A stretch of DNA of 64,000 nt from an uncultured delta proteobacterium (GTDB taxonomy: Bacteria; Desulfobacterota; Zymogenia; Zymogenales; Zymogenaceae). Made by a program: the position numbers and the translations under genes. Below, one piece after another: positions 10,035 through 18,701 of this stretch; position 1 is the first letter of the stretch, and each line of letters begins with the position of its first letter. Location: NCBI GenBank assembly GCA_963735595.1, contig CAVTLK010000001.1, forward strand, positions 611,591 to 675,590. The letters run 5' to 3'. Below the pieces are notes generated by a model. The model was not told the DNA's origin and did not search any database. It worked only from the letters and a program-made list of their open reading frames with translations.

Positions 10035-10214
10035 TTATCCCGCCGTCTGTCTTTGCGGGAACGCGGACTGCTGCTGCCGATTCTGGTATCGGCGATACTG
10101 CCTCGTTATGGATATCAGAATTTTGAACTCCCGCCACTTCCTTTCTCTGCCGTGTCTTATCAGGCTTATACTCCTATTCAAGACATAATAAGAAGGAATC
10201 ACGGCATCCGCCAT
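10035..10214 (-). CDS. Possible small hypothetical protein (59 aa)
   Basis: GAGGGGG Shine-Dalgarno 2 nt before ATG 10214; MADAVIPSYYVLNRSISLIRHGRERKWREFKILISITRQYRRYQNRQQQSAFPQRQTAG; no recognised domain. Confidence 0.25.
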   Translation of the reverse strand: MADAVIPSYYVLNRSISLIRHGRERKWREFKILISITRQYRRYQNRQQQSAFPQRQTAG

Positions 10215-10243
10215 AACCCCCTCAGCAAATTGTGCGGAACGAG

Positions 10244-10273
10244 AGGGGGGGAGGCAACTATTGCCTCCCCCCT
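10244..10273. terminator. GC-rich hairpin downstream of the GT39 gene
   Basis: AGGGGGGGAGGCAA-CTA-TTGCCTCCCCCCT. Confidence 0.6.
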
Positions 10274-10301
10274 TGCTGCCTCTATTTTCGTTAGCTAAAA
10301 A

Positions 10302-11972
10302 CTATTTTTCGAGTACTTCGTTGGATGTCATCACCATTTCCTTTTCCCCCACGGTAAAGGGCTTTACGGTCTTTAGCTCCGCCTTGATATCATCCGGGAG
10401 CTTTTTGAAGTCCTTGTCCCTCATGATTACAATAACCCGCCTGTCCTGCCCGTAATATTCTTTCAGTTCACCGGATTCGGAGAGGAGGTCTATATAGCGT
10501 TTGGAGTAGTAGAGGTATCCGTCCCATAGGTAGTCGCCCGAGCTGGAGTACGCGGCAAACCCGTCGTCGGGCCCGAGATAGGAGCTGATTTCCTCCGAGA
10601 TCATCCGGGGCGACTTGAGGGGATTGGCGGCGTTCAGGATGGAAAGCTGGGTATAGAGCATCAGGATTCCCATAAAGACGATCAGGGTAATCGTGTAGAG
10701 GCGATTCCTTTTCGTAGTGAGGAAGAAGATCATCAGTCCCGATCCTAAAACGAAAAGCGAAACGATAGGAAGGGCGAGGGTTGTGATTCGTTTCGCGTCA
10801 AATCCGTATCCCAGCAACTCGGCGTAGACCTCGCCAAAGAGGCCCAGGGGATTTACGAGGAAGACGATCGACGCGAGCCCCGTAAGGCCCAGGGCAACGG
10901 CAATAATCCATGCCGGAAGATCGGCCCAGAACCAGCGAAGGTTCTTTTGCTTTATCCACGACGAGACGAGCCAGCCCGTCAGGATTGCCGCCGCGGGATA
11001 AAGGGGAATGATATAGGGCGACCGCTTGGAATCAGATAGCGAGAAGAAGATGAATATCGAAATAAGCCACGTCAGGAAAAACGATAGCTTCCCCTCCGGC
11101 AGCTGCTTTCTGGTTATAAAGGCATAGACGATCGCGCCGGGGACGAAGAGGGACCAGGGAGCGAAGTCGGACATCAGGACGCCAAAGAAATAATAAAAGG
11201 GCCTTTGGTGATTGAACGCGTGGAAGAAGCGGATGAAGTTCTGGTTGATCACCAGTTCGTGCATGTATTCGTTTCCGGCCTGTGATTTTGCCAGGAGATA
11301 CCACGGCAGGGCTATGGCAAAAAAGACAATGGGGCCCAGTATAAGCTCCATCTTGAGGAGTTTTTTAAGGTTTTTTGTGGCGACGAGGTAGGAGAGGATT
11401 ACGACCGCCACGACAACGCACCCAGCAACTCCCTTCATCAGCGTTGCCACGGCTGCGGCGGCATATCCCAACAGATAAAAGGTCCGGCTTCTTTCCTCGC
11501 GGTTCATCCCCATAAAAAAGAAAAAGAGGGAGAGGGTGATGAAAAAGCTAAAAACGATGTCGGCCTCGACCCACCGGGATTGCCACGCGATTTTAAAGGC
11601 CGTCGCCAGAATAAGGCTGGAGAGTAGGGCGCCCTCCTCATCCATGATTCTTCGCGCAAAGAGAAAGGTCAATAGGACCAGTAGGATTCCAAAGACTGCC
11701 GAGGGGAGCCGGGCCGCCGTTTCGTTGAGGCCGCCCGTCAGCTTGGTGGACGCAATAATCAGCCAGTAGAAGGGAGCGGGCTTCATGCCCAGGGGCTCAC
11801 CGTTTCTGGTTGGAAACAGATAATTATCCTTATCCATCATCTCCCGGGCCGATTCGCCAAAGTTCGGTTCATTGGGGGTCCAGAGGTCCCTCTCACCCAG
11901 GCCCGGAAGGTATAGCAATGAAGCGAAGACAATTACTATGAGAATATAGGCGTAGTTTTTCTGGATATTCAT
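10302..11972 (-). CDS. ArnT-like / GT39 (GT-C) polyprenyl-phosphate-sugar transferase
   Basis: Multi-TM; WTPNEPNFGESAREM, KPAPFYWL, AARLPSA, LMKG, HQRPFYYF, KRSPYIIPLYPA. Confidence 0.88.
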   Translation of the reverse strand: MNIQKNYAYILIVIVFASLLYLPGLGERDLWTPNEPNFGESAREMMDKDNYLFPTRNGEPLGMKPAPFYWLIIASTKLTGGLNETAARLPSAVFGILLVLLTFLFARRIMDEEGALLSSLILATAFKIAWQSRWVEADIVFSFFITLSLFFFFMGMNREERSRTFYLLGYAAAAVATLMKGVAGCVVVAVVILSYLVATKNLKKLLKMELILGPIVFFAIALPWYLLAKSQAGNEYMHELVINQNFIRFFHAFNHQRPFYYFFGVLMSDFAPWSLFVPGAIVYAFITRKQLPEGKLSFFLTWLISIFIFFSLSDSKRSPYIIPLYPAAAILTGWLVSSWIKQKNLRWFWADLPAWIIAVALGLTGLASIVFLVNPLGLFGEVYAELLGYGFDAKRITTLALPIVSLFVLGSGLMIFFLTTKRNRLYTITLIVFMGILMLYTQLSILNAANPLKSPRMISEEISSYLGPDDGFAAYSSSGDYLWDGYLYYSKRYIDLLSESGELKEYYGQDRRVIVIMRDKDFKKLPDDIKAELKTVKPFTVGEKEMVMTSNEVLEK

Positions 11973-12053
11973 GGGCTACTCTCTATTTTCGTTCTTTAAT
12001 TGAAAAGACGAGGGAAATGCCCTCCCCTTATGAAAGATTCCCCCGCGGCTCTC

Positions 12054-13754
12054 TCAGAAATAACCAAGGAATACCACCCCTCCCCTTTCGTCGAAGAAAT
12101 CCGGGGCAGGCAGCGATTCCCGATACCGCTCATAATACTTCCTGGATAGAAGTATGACAACCCTTTTATCGCCGTCAGTGATGATTTTCCGTGTCTCTTC
12201 AAGGCCAAGGATATAGTCGGAGGGATTTTCCATATACGATAGCCCTCCCGCAAGGGTGTTCCCTGTTCTTGTGAGAAAACGGACATCCGACCGGTCATAA
12301 TACCACGCGACCGCAGAGGGCAATTCCTTTTCGGAAATGAGTATGGTATCGGGAGTGATCAGCTCTTTATGGGAGATCAGAAAATCACCGGGGGCGCTTT
12401 TTTCCAGAACGCTATCGGGAATGAGGAAGGGAGCGGTTACGAAGAAGATGACCGGGCCCAGGAGGAAAAGTGCGAGTTTTGTCTTCGCCTCCTTGCCATA
12501 GAGGGCAAACACCAGCAGTGATATCCAGATACCAATTGCAAGAACTGTAAAGAGGATTTTTGATAATTCCCCTCCTCCGAAGAATTTCGTGCCGATGGGG
12601 TCTATCGCTTCGTTGATGATAATCAGGAGCACGATCAGGGAAAGTAGACTGATGAGAACGAGCGTCCCGATAAAAAAGGGCTTCTCCCGTTTCATCTCCA
12701 GGGAACGAATGGTCCCGGTTATGGTCAGGATGCTCAGGGGCACCAGGCAGGGGAGGATATAGGTCCCCAGTTTTACCGAGGAGGCCGAGAAAAACAGGAA
12801 GGGCACGACACACCAGAGAAACAGGAAGCGAACCAGCGGGTCTTTTAGCCGGATCTCCTTAATCCCGATGTACGTACTAAAGAGAAGCACCGTCCACGGA
12901 AACCAGTCTCCCAGAAGGACGGGCAAAAAATACCAGAACGGTTGACCACCTTTGGGGCTCGACTCTGAACCTATAAATCGGTAAAGATGCTCGGTAAAGA
13001 TGAAGTGATCCCAAAAGCCGACTTCCCTGGATGCGATCATTAACGCCCAGGGAGCAATAATAATGACAGCGGTAGCCAGCGGAATCCAGGGGAGCGTGAG
13101 TAGTCTTTTCGCGTTCTTTTCCCAGATCAGAAAGGGTACGATGACTATAACCGGAAGGACAAACGCCAGGAACCCCTTTGCCAGGAACGACAAGCCCAGA
13201 AAGAGCCCGAAAAGAAAGAGAAGGAATAATCGGTTCTTTAAATCTTTGCTCAGATACGCAAAAAAGAAACACACCAATCCGCCGGTAAGCAAAAGCGTAA
13301 GGAGGGCATCGAGGACACATGTCGTCCCGACGGCTATAACGAGGCCCGACGTTAAGAAGGCGCCTGCCGAGAGGAGAGCAGTTAAACGCGTCTTTGAGTA
13401 CTTGCTCACGAGGAGGAAGATAAAGAGCGCGGTTATGCCCACTGCCAGGGCCGAAGGGAGGCGGACCGCAAAATTGTTCTTTCCCAAAAGGGTGATCGAA
13501 ATAGTGCCGAGCCACGTACCCAGGGGCGGTTTGCTGAGGTAGGGGATCTCGTTGAGCCTCGTGACGACGTAGTCGTTCGTTACGATCATCTCCCGTGCGA
13601 TTTCGGCATAACGGGTCTCGTCCGGGAAAAGGAGGGGACGATGGCCCAGAAACGCAATATAGAGAAGGGAAAAAAGGACCAGCAGCAGGAGAATGCTTCT
13701 CGGATTGGTGAATATTTCGGGCTGTTTAAGACCGGATAACTTATCTTCTTTCAT
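12054..13754 (-). CDS. arnT: ArnT family lipid A / glycolipid aminosugar or uronate transferase
   Basis: FPDETRYAEIAREM, YLSKPPL, AVRLPSA, FLAKG, QPFWYFLPVL, KLGTYILPC; periplasmic C-terminal domain. Confidence 0.88.
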   Translation of the reverse strand: MKEDKLSGLKQPEIFTNPRSILLLLVLFSLLYIAFLGHRPLLFPDETRYAEIAREMIVTNDYVVTRLNEIPYLSKPPLGTWLGTISITLLGKNNFAVRLPSALAVGITALFIFLLVSKYSKTRLTALLSAGAFLTSGLVIAVGTTCVLDALLTLLLTGGLVCFFFAYLSKDLKNRLFLLFLFGLFLGLSFLAKGFLAFVLPVIVIVPFLIWEKNAKRLLTLPWIPLATAVIIIAPWALMIASREVGFWDHFIFTEHLYRFIGSESSPKGGQPFWYFLPVLLGDWFPWTVLLFSTYIGIKEIRLKDPLVRFLFLWCVVPFLFFSASSVKLGTYILPCLVPLSILTITGTIRSLEMKREKPFFIGTLVLISLLSLIVLLIIINEAIDPIGTKFFGGGELSKILFTVLAIGIWISLLVFALYGKEAKTKLALFLLGPVIFFVTAPFLIPDSVLEKSAPGDFLISHKELITPDTILISEKELPSAVAWYYDRSDVRFLTRTGNTLAGGLSYMENPSDYILGLEETRKIITDGDKRVVILLSRKYYERYRESLPAPDFFDERGGVVFLGYF

Positions 13755-14066
13755 GTGCGGCCCTTATTCTATCCAAATGAGTTGAACTTAGCTTGAAAAA
13801 GCGTATCAGTAACCGGCAAATACGATCTATGACGGTCAAGCATGTACTCCCATCTAAGAGAGTACACTATACGAAAAGTCTTTAACAATCCAGTCCATTC
13901 TACTAAAATACTATCTGATTATCAACAAAAAGGCTGAATAGAAAGCTCACAAATCAGTTTATCTACTACAGCCGGTATTCCATGAATACATTTCTTCTCC
14001 CATTTCTATTGACAGGTGTGTTATAGTTATGTACAAAATAGCGGATTCGTTTTAAAAGGAAAAACA

Positions 14067-15026
14067 ATGGCAAAAGACCAAATAGAAATATCTGTAGTCA
14101 TCCCGATGTATCGGGAAGAAGAGGTTGTAGATAAGCTGTACGAAAAACTCACCGGCGCCCTCAATAAGCTGAAGAGAAGCTACGAAATTATTCTTGTCAA
14201 TGACGGGAGCACCGATAATACCCTCACAAGAATCCTGGCGCTTAATAAGAAGGACAGAAGAATTAAGGTTATTGACCTCATGGGTAATTTTGGGCAGACC
14301 GCAGCCCTTGCCGCAGGGTTCGATAACGCCGGCGGGAAACTCATCGTTACCATGGATGGCGACCTGCAGGATGATCCCGAGGATATCTCCAAATTAATCG
14401 CAAAGCTTGAAGAAGGGTACGATATTGTCAGTGGGTGGAGGAAGGAGAGAAAAGAAAGCCTCTTTATCAGGCGTATTCCCTCCCGGATCGCCAACTGGCT
14501 CCTGTCCCGGATTTCCGGAATAGATATCCATGATTTCGGAGCGCCGCTGAAGGCGTATCGCGGCGAGGTCATTAAGGGCGTTCGCCTCTACGGGCAGTTT
14601 CATCGCTTTATTCCCGCCATCGCCCGGGAGATGCGGGTGAGAATTGCCGAAGTCGTCGTGAGAAATTACGAGCGTCCCTACGGCCAGTCTAAATACGGCC
14701 TGAGCCGAACTTATACCGTTTTCTTTGATCTCTTTCGGCTCAAATTCATTCTGGACTACCTCCAGAATCCCCTCAAAACCTTCGGGACGGTGGGGTTTCT
14801 CTTCTCCTCTGTGGGCTTCATCTTCTTTATCTATGTCTTTGTGGAAAAACTGGTCTTTGGTACGGAAATCATGAAAGAGCACGGCCCGATGTTCATCACG
14901 TCCATCTTTCTCATCACTGCGGGAATCAACTTTTTCACCATCGGGTTCCTGGGAGAGCTCATCATAAAAGTACTGTATGAATCCAGGGAAAAGAAAAACT
15001 ACCATATCAGAAATATCTACGGGTAG
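14067..15026 (+). CDS. GT2 polyprenyl-phosphate glycosyltransferase (ArnC/DPM-like)
   Basis: SVVIPMYREEE, VNDGSTD, NFGQTAALAAG, MDGDLQDDP, HRFIP, two C-terminal TM helices; AAGGA RBS before ATG 14067. Confidence 0.9.
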   Translation: MAKDQIEISVVIPMYREEEVVDKLYEKLTGALNKLKRSYEIILVNDGSTDNTLTRILALNKKDRRIKVIDLMGNFGQTAALAAGFDNAGGKLIVTMDGDLQDDPEDISKLIAKLEEGYDIVSGWRKERKESLFIRRIPSRIANWLLSRISGIDIHDFGAPLKAYRGEVIKGVRLYGQFHRFIPAIAREMRVRIAEVVVRNYERPYGQSKYGLSRTYTVFFDLFRLKFILDYLQNPLKTFGTVGFLFSSVGFIFFIYVFVEKLVFGTEIMKEHGPMFITSIFLITAGINFFTIGFLGELIIKVLYESREKKNYHIRNIYG

Positions 15027-15073
15027 ATGTTATCTCTTGCCCATTTTTCAAACTACTATAATATTGCCATACG

Positions 15074-16068
15074 ATGAAAATCCCTCCTTTAATCAAAACC
15101 TATGCCTTCCCCGTTGTCATCACCATCGTTTTCATCTTTTTTCTGACGAAAACCATTGACGTCAAAGAAAGCCTCGAACATTTCACCGGCATTAATACCC
15201 TGCCCCTTATAGCCGCCTTCTTCCTATACATAATCCAGTATTTCTTCCTGGCCCTTCGATGGAGGCTGCTAACTGACAAGACAATCGGCGTCTCGCCCTT
15301 CTTTTACGTCACCGCCATTCATACCATGACCAATAACCTCATGCCCATGAGGACGGGAGAGGTGATGTATCCGTTGCTTCTAAAGAGGTATTTTAATATC
15401 GGCTTTGGAGATTCCACGGCAACTCTCATCTACGCCAGGATTTTCGATGTATTTGCCATGGGGGTATTCGTCCTGGTGGCCCTCGTTTTCGGATGGGACA
15501 GGCTTCATATCTCTCTCGAGGGGCTCGGAGGCAAATCGTTTCATTTTCTTATATATGTTTTTCTATTGCTTCTTATTGTCTTCATCCTCTACAGGATATT
15601 TGCCCGCCTGACCGGCGAAGAAAAAAGGCCGGGAACGGTTCCCTCATGGGGATGCTTAAAAACGGACTCGATTCCCTCGGCCGGGGGATGAAGCGGGTGG
15701 AAATATTTAAGGTCTCGTTGGAACTCATGCTATTGAGCCTTGCGGTCTTTTGGGCCCGCTATGCCTTTTTCATGTATACATTGATGGTCTTCGGAATCAG
15801 CGTTACCTTTCTGGAGGCGGTCCTGATGGCGTCACTTCCCATCGTTGCCGCGGTCATTCCCGCCCAGGGAATCGGCGGATACGGCACTATCGAGACGGGC
15901 TGGGTCCTGGGGTTCTTGTTGGTGGGATTAAGCAAAGAAATGGCGCTCATAGTCGGGTTCGGGATACATACGATGTACCTCGTCTTTTCCGTAGTGCTGG
16001 GGGGGATTTCCTTTCCTCTTTTGGGAATGGTCAAAAAGAGAAGGGAAGAACGGGAATCGGCGAAGTAA
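15074..16068 (+). CDS. Lysylphosphatidylglycerol synthase TM / flippase-like membrane protein; apparent frameshift near 15640
   Basis: ALRWRLL, NNLMPMRTGE, ARIFD, IPAQGIGGYGTIE spread over ORFs 15074-15691 and 15493-16068. Confidence 0.8.
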
Positions 16069-16132
16069 TGCCGGAATTATCCCGTATGTATCACTATAAA
16101 CAGTACAATTAAAACGGGGTTCAGGAAACACG

Positions 16133-17095
16133 ATGAGATATTTCATTACCGGCGGGGCGGGTTTTATCGGCTCTCACCTTTCAGAAAGGCTCGTGGCCGA
16201 GGGTGGCGAGGTCATGGCCATCGACAATTTCGATCCCTATTATGATCCCGCTGTCAAACGGAGAAATATCGAGGGGCTCCTTTCTGCCGGGGGATTTTCC
16301 CTTGCCGAGGCCGATATTCGCGACCGCGCGGCTATTGAGAAGAAGATGGAGGAATTTACTCCCGATGTCATCGTTCACCTGGCGGCGAGGGCAGGCGTCC
16401 GCCCGTCGCTTCTCGATCCGCTTCTCTATCAGGACGTCAATATGATCGGGACCAACGTACTGCTGGAAGTTTCCCGGCAGATTGGCATAAAGAATTTCGT
16501 TTTCGCCTCGTCGTCGTCGATATATGGAAATTGCATCAACGTTCCCTTTTCTGAAGATGATCATTCGGCAACTCCCATCTCTCCCTACGGCGCCACGAAA
16601 CGGGGCGGAGAAGTCCTCTGTGAAACCTACCATATCCTCTACGACATGAAAATTGCCTGCCTTCGGTTTTTTACCGTCTATGGCCCCCGGCAGCGGCCGG
16701 ATATGGCGATCCACAAGTTTACCAGGCTCATCGACAGCGGCGACTCCATCGAGGTCTACGCGTCCGACAACAGCGCCCGGGACTATACCTACATCGATGA
16801 CATTCTTCAGGGAATCTGCGGCTCGATCGATTTCGTCTGCGAGACAAAGACTCCGGCCTACGAGGTGGTAAACCTCGGTGAATCGAGGACTGTTCCCCTC
16901 AACGAGCTGATCGGCCTCATCGAGAAGAACCTCGGCAAAAGGGCGAAAAGGATAGAAAAGCCCCGCCAGCCCGGAGACGTGTTGACAACCTATGCCAATA
17001 TCAATAAGGCTCGGCGGCTTTTCGGCTATGACCCAAAGACGCCCATAGAGGACGGGATAGAGAAATTCGTGAAGTGGTACAAGAAAAACGGGTAG
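16133..17095 (+). CDS. NAD-dependent epimerase, UDP-glucuronate 4-epimerase-like
   Basis: TGGAGFIG, HLAARAGVRPS, ASSSSIYG, PISPYGATK, LRFFTVYGPRQRPDMA. Confidence 0.88.
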   Translation: MRYFITGGAGFIGSHLSERLVAEGGEVMAIDNFDPYYDPAVKRRNIEGLLSAGGFSLAEADIRDRAAIEKKMEEFTPDVIVHLAARAGVRPSLLDPLLYQDVNMIGTNVLLEVSRQIGIKNFVFASSSSIYGNCINVPFSEDDHSATPISPYGATKRGGEVLCETYHILYDMKIACLRFFTVYGPRQRPDMAIHKFTRLIDSGDSIEVYASDNSARDYTYIDDILQGICGSIDFVCETKTPAYEVVNLGESRTVPLNELIGLIEKNLGKRAKRIEKPRQPGDVLTTYANINKARRLFGYDPKTPIEDGIEKFVKWYKKNG

Positions 17096-17138
17096 CTTTT
17101 AAGAGTGTAAACCCTTTATATTAATTGCCTTTTCATCT

Positions 17139-18461
17139 TTAACTGCGGGGGCTTCTTGAAACGTCTTTTCCACGTGGACGTTTCTTATTAAGCCCGTTGG
17201 ACACGACTTGTGAGAGCACCGCGAAGTCGAAGGGCTTTTCGATGTAGTCCAACGCCCCGAGCCTCAGCGCTGCGATCGCCGAATCTTTTCCGCCCTTTCC
17301 GGTGATCACTACCACCTGCGTTTGCGGGTTCAAGGCCTTTACCCTTCTCAGCACCTCAATACCATGCCGCTTCGGCATAGCGATATCAACGATGACGACA
17401 TCATAGTTCCCGTTCCCGAAACAATCCAGGGCTTCCTGGCCGTCGCGCGCGGTATCTACATGGAGGAAACCGTCTTCTCTGAGGTACTCGGCGACTGTTG
17501 TCCTGATCCCCTCTTCGTCATCCACGACCAGCACCGCGGCCTCCCGCACGTTCGATTCTTTGCTATACGGCGCGGCGCCCTGTTTCTCGCGGCCCTTTTC
17601 TTTCCGGGCCGGGCCCTTATCTACTCCTTCCCTTTCTTCTGCTGAATAGAGATCTTCGAGTCTTTTCCCGTGTCCCTTAAGTTCGAGGATCATGTTTTCG
17701 TACTGAATCGTCCTCCATGAGTATCCCCGGAAATTGTCGTGAAAGCTGGAGAAGAGGGTGTGGATATGTCCCTCCTGTTGGATTGCATAGTCGACGATCT
17801 CCCGGCCACCCGCATCAGCGGGGATCGGCGAATTGTATATTCCGTATCGGCCGACTCGCTCGTCCATCCAATCGAGGACTTTTATGTCCGGGGCCTTAGG
17901 AGACCAGCGCGTTAACAGCGACTCAACCTCCCGGGCGTGCATACGCTTTTCCGCCGCCAATCGGTTACAGAGTTCTCTGACGCTCGTACCAGTGCTGTTT
18001 CCGGCCGCTTCTTCAAACAGGAGACTACCCCGCGCGTGTACCTTGGCCAGCACGCCCATGATATCGCGTAACGAGATCTCATGAGGAGACGGGCCGTTCC
18101 CCTGATGATCTTTCGTAACGATACCGTTCTGCGGTGGAATAACGTCGTTCTTTTCCGCCCCTTTGTGCCGAAGCGCTATCGACTTCTCAACATACAGAAA
18201 CAAGGAGGCCAATCCCGTCCCGAAGAAAAGCCCCAGCAGGTCGGCGGCGATATCATCGGCAGAGATCTCCGTATCTAATAGAATCTCTTTTCCCACCATG
18301 AATGAGAATGAAAGTACGCCGACGAATATGAGAGTCTTGTACCATTGAGCGCGGTGCCCCCGCCAATACGGATAGAGTATCAGCGCCCAGCCTAAAGGAA
18401 CGAGCAGGGCAAGCAGACCGTGATAGAAGATGGTAACGTCGCTATATGGCGCACTGCCCAT
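17139..18461 (-). CDS. Membrane-anchored response regulator: VanZ-like TM region + ferritin/rubrerythrin-like helical domain + REC
   Basis: AGGAGG RBS; 3 TM helices with GKE...SADDIAADLLG; ExxH motifs; REC with VVDDEE, IVDIAMP and IEKPF. Confidence 0.7.
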   Translation of the reverse strand: MGSAPYSDVTIFYHGLLALLVPLGWALILYPYWRGHRAQWYKTLIFVGVLSFSFMVGKEILLDTEISADDIAADLLGLFFGTGLASLFLYVEKSIALRHKGAEKNDVIPPQNGIVTKDHQGNGPSPHEISLRDIMGVLAKVHARGSLLFEEAAGNSTGTSVRELCNRLAAEKRMHAREVESLLTRWSPKAPDIKVLDWMDERVGRYGIYNSPIPADAGGREIVDYAIQQEGHIHTLFSSFHDNFRGYSWRTIQYENMILELKGHGKRLEDLYSAEEREGVDKGPARKEKGREKQGAAPYSKESNVREAAVLVVDDEEGIRTTVAEYLREDGFLHVDTARDGQEALDCFGNGNYDVVIVDIAMPKRHGIEVLRRVKALNPQTQVVVITGKGGKDSAIAALRLGALDYIEKPFDFAVLSQVVSNGLNKKRPRGKDVSRSPRS

Positions 18462-18701
18462 TCGTTTGGCCTCCTATCCCGGGACGGCGGGGTTGGGAAC
18501 AACCCGGATTGGCTTATCCTTCCAAGGAAAGCGAAAACCGGCCTGTATCATCGGGGTATCCCGTTTCCGGCGAATTCCACTCCCTCAAGTGCTGAAGGAC
18601 TTTCGATCGGTACGTGAATCGGGGCGACCCCCGAATACAATATTGGCTCTTTGGCACGGGAGGTATACGTATTACCTCCGAATTTTTGTATCCCGGTGTG
18701 C

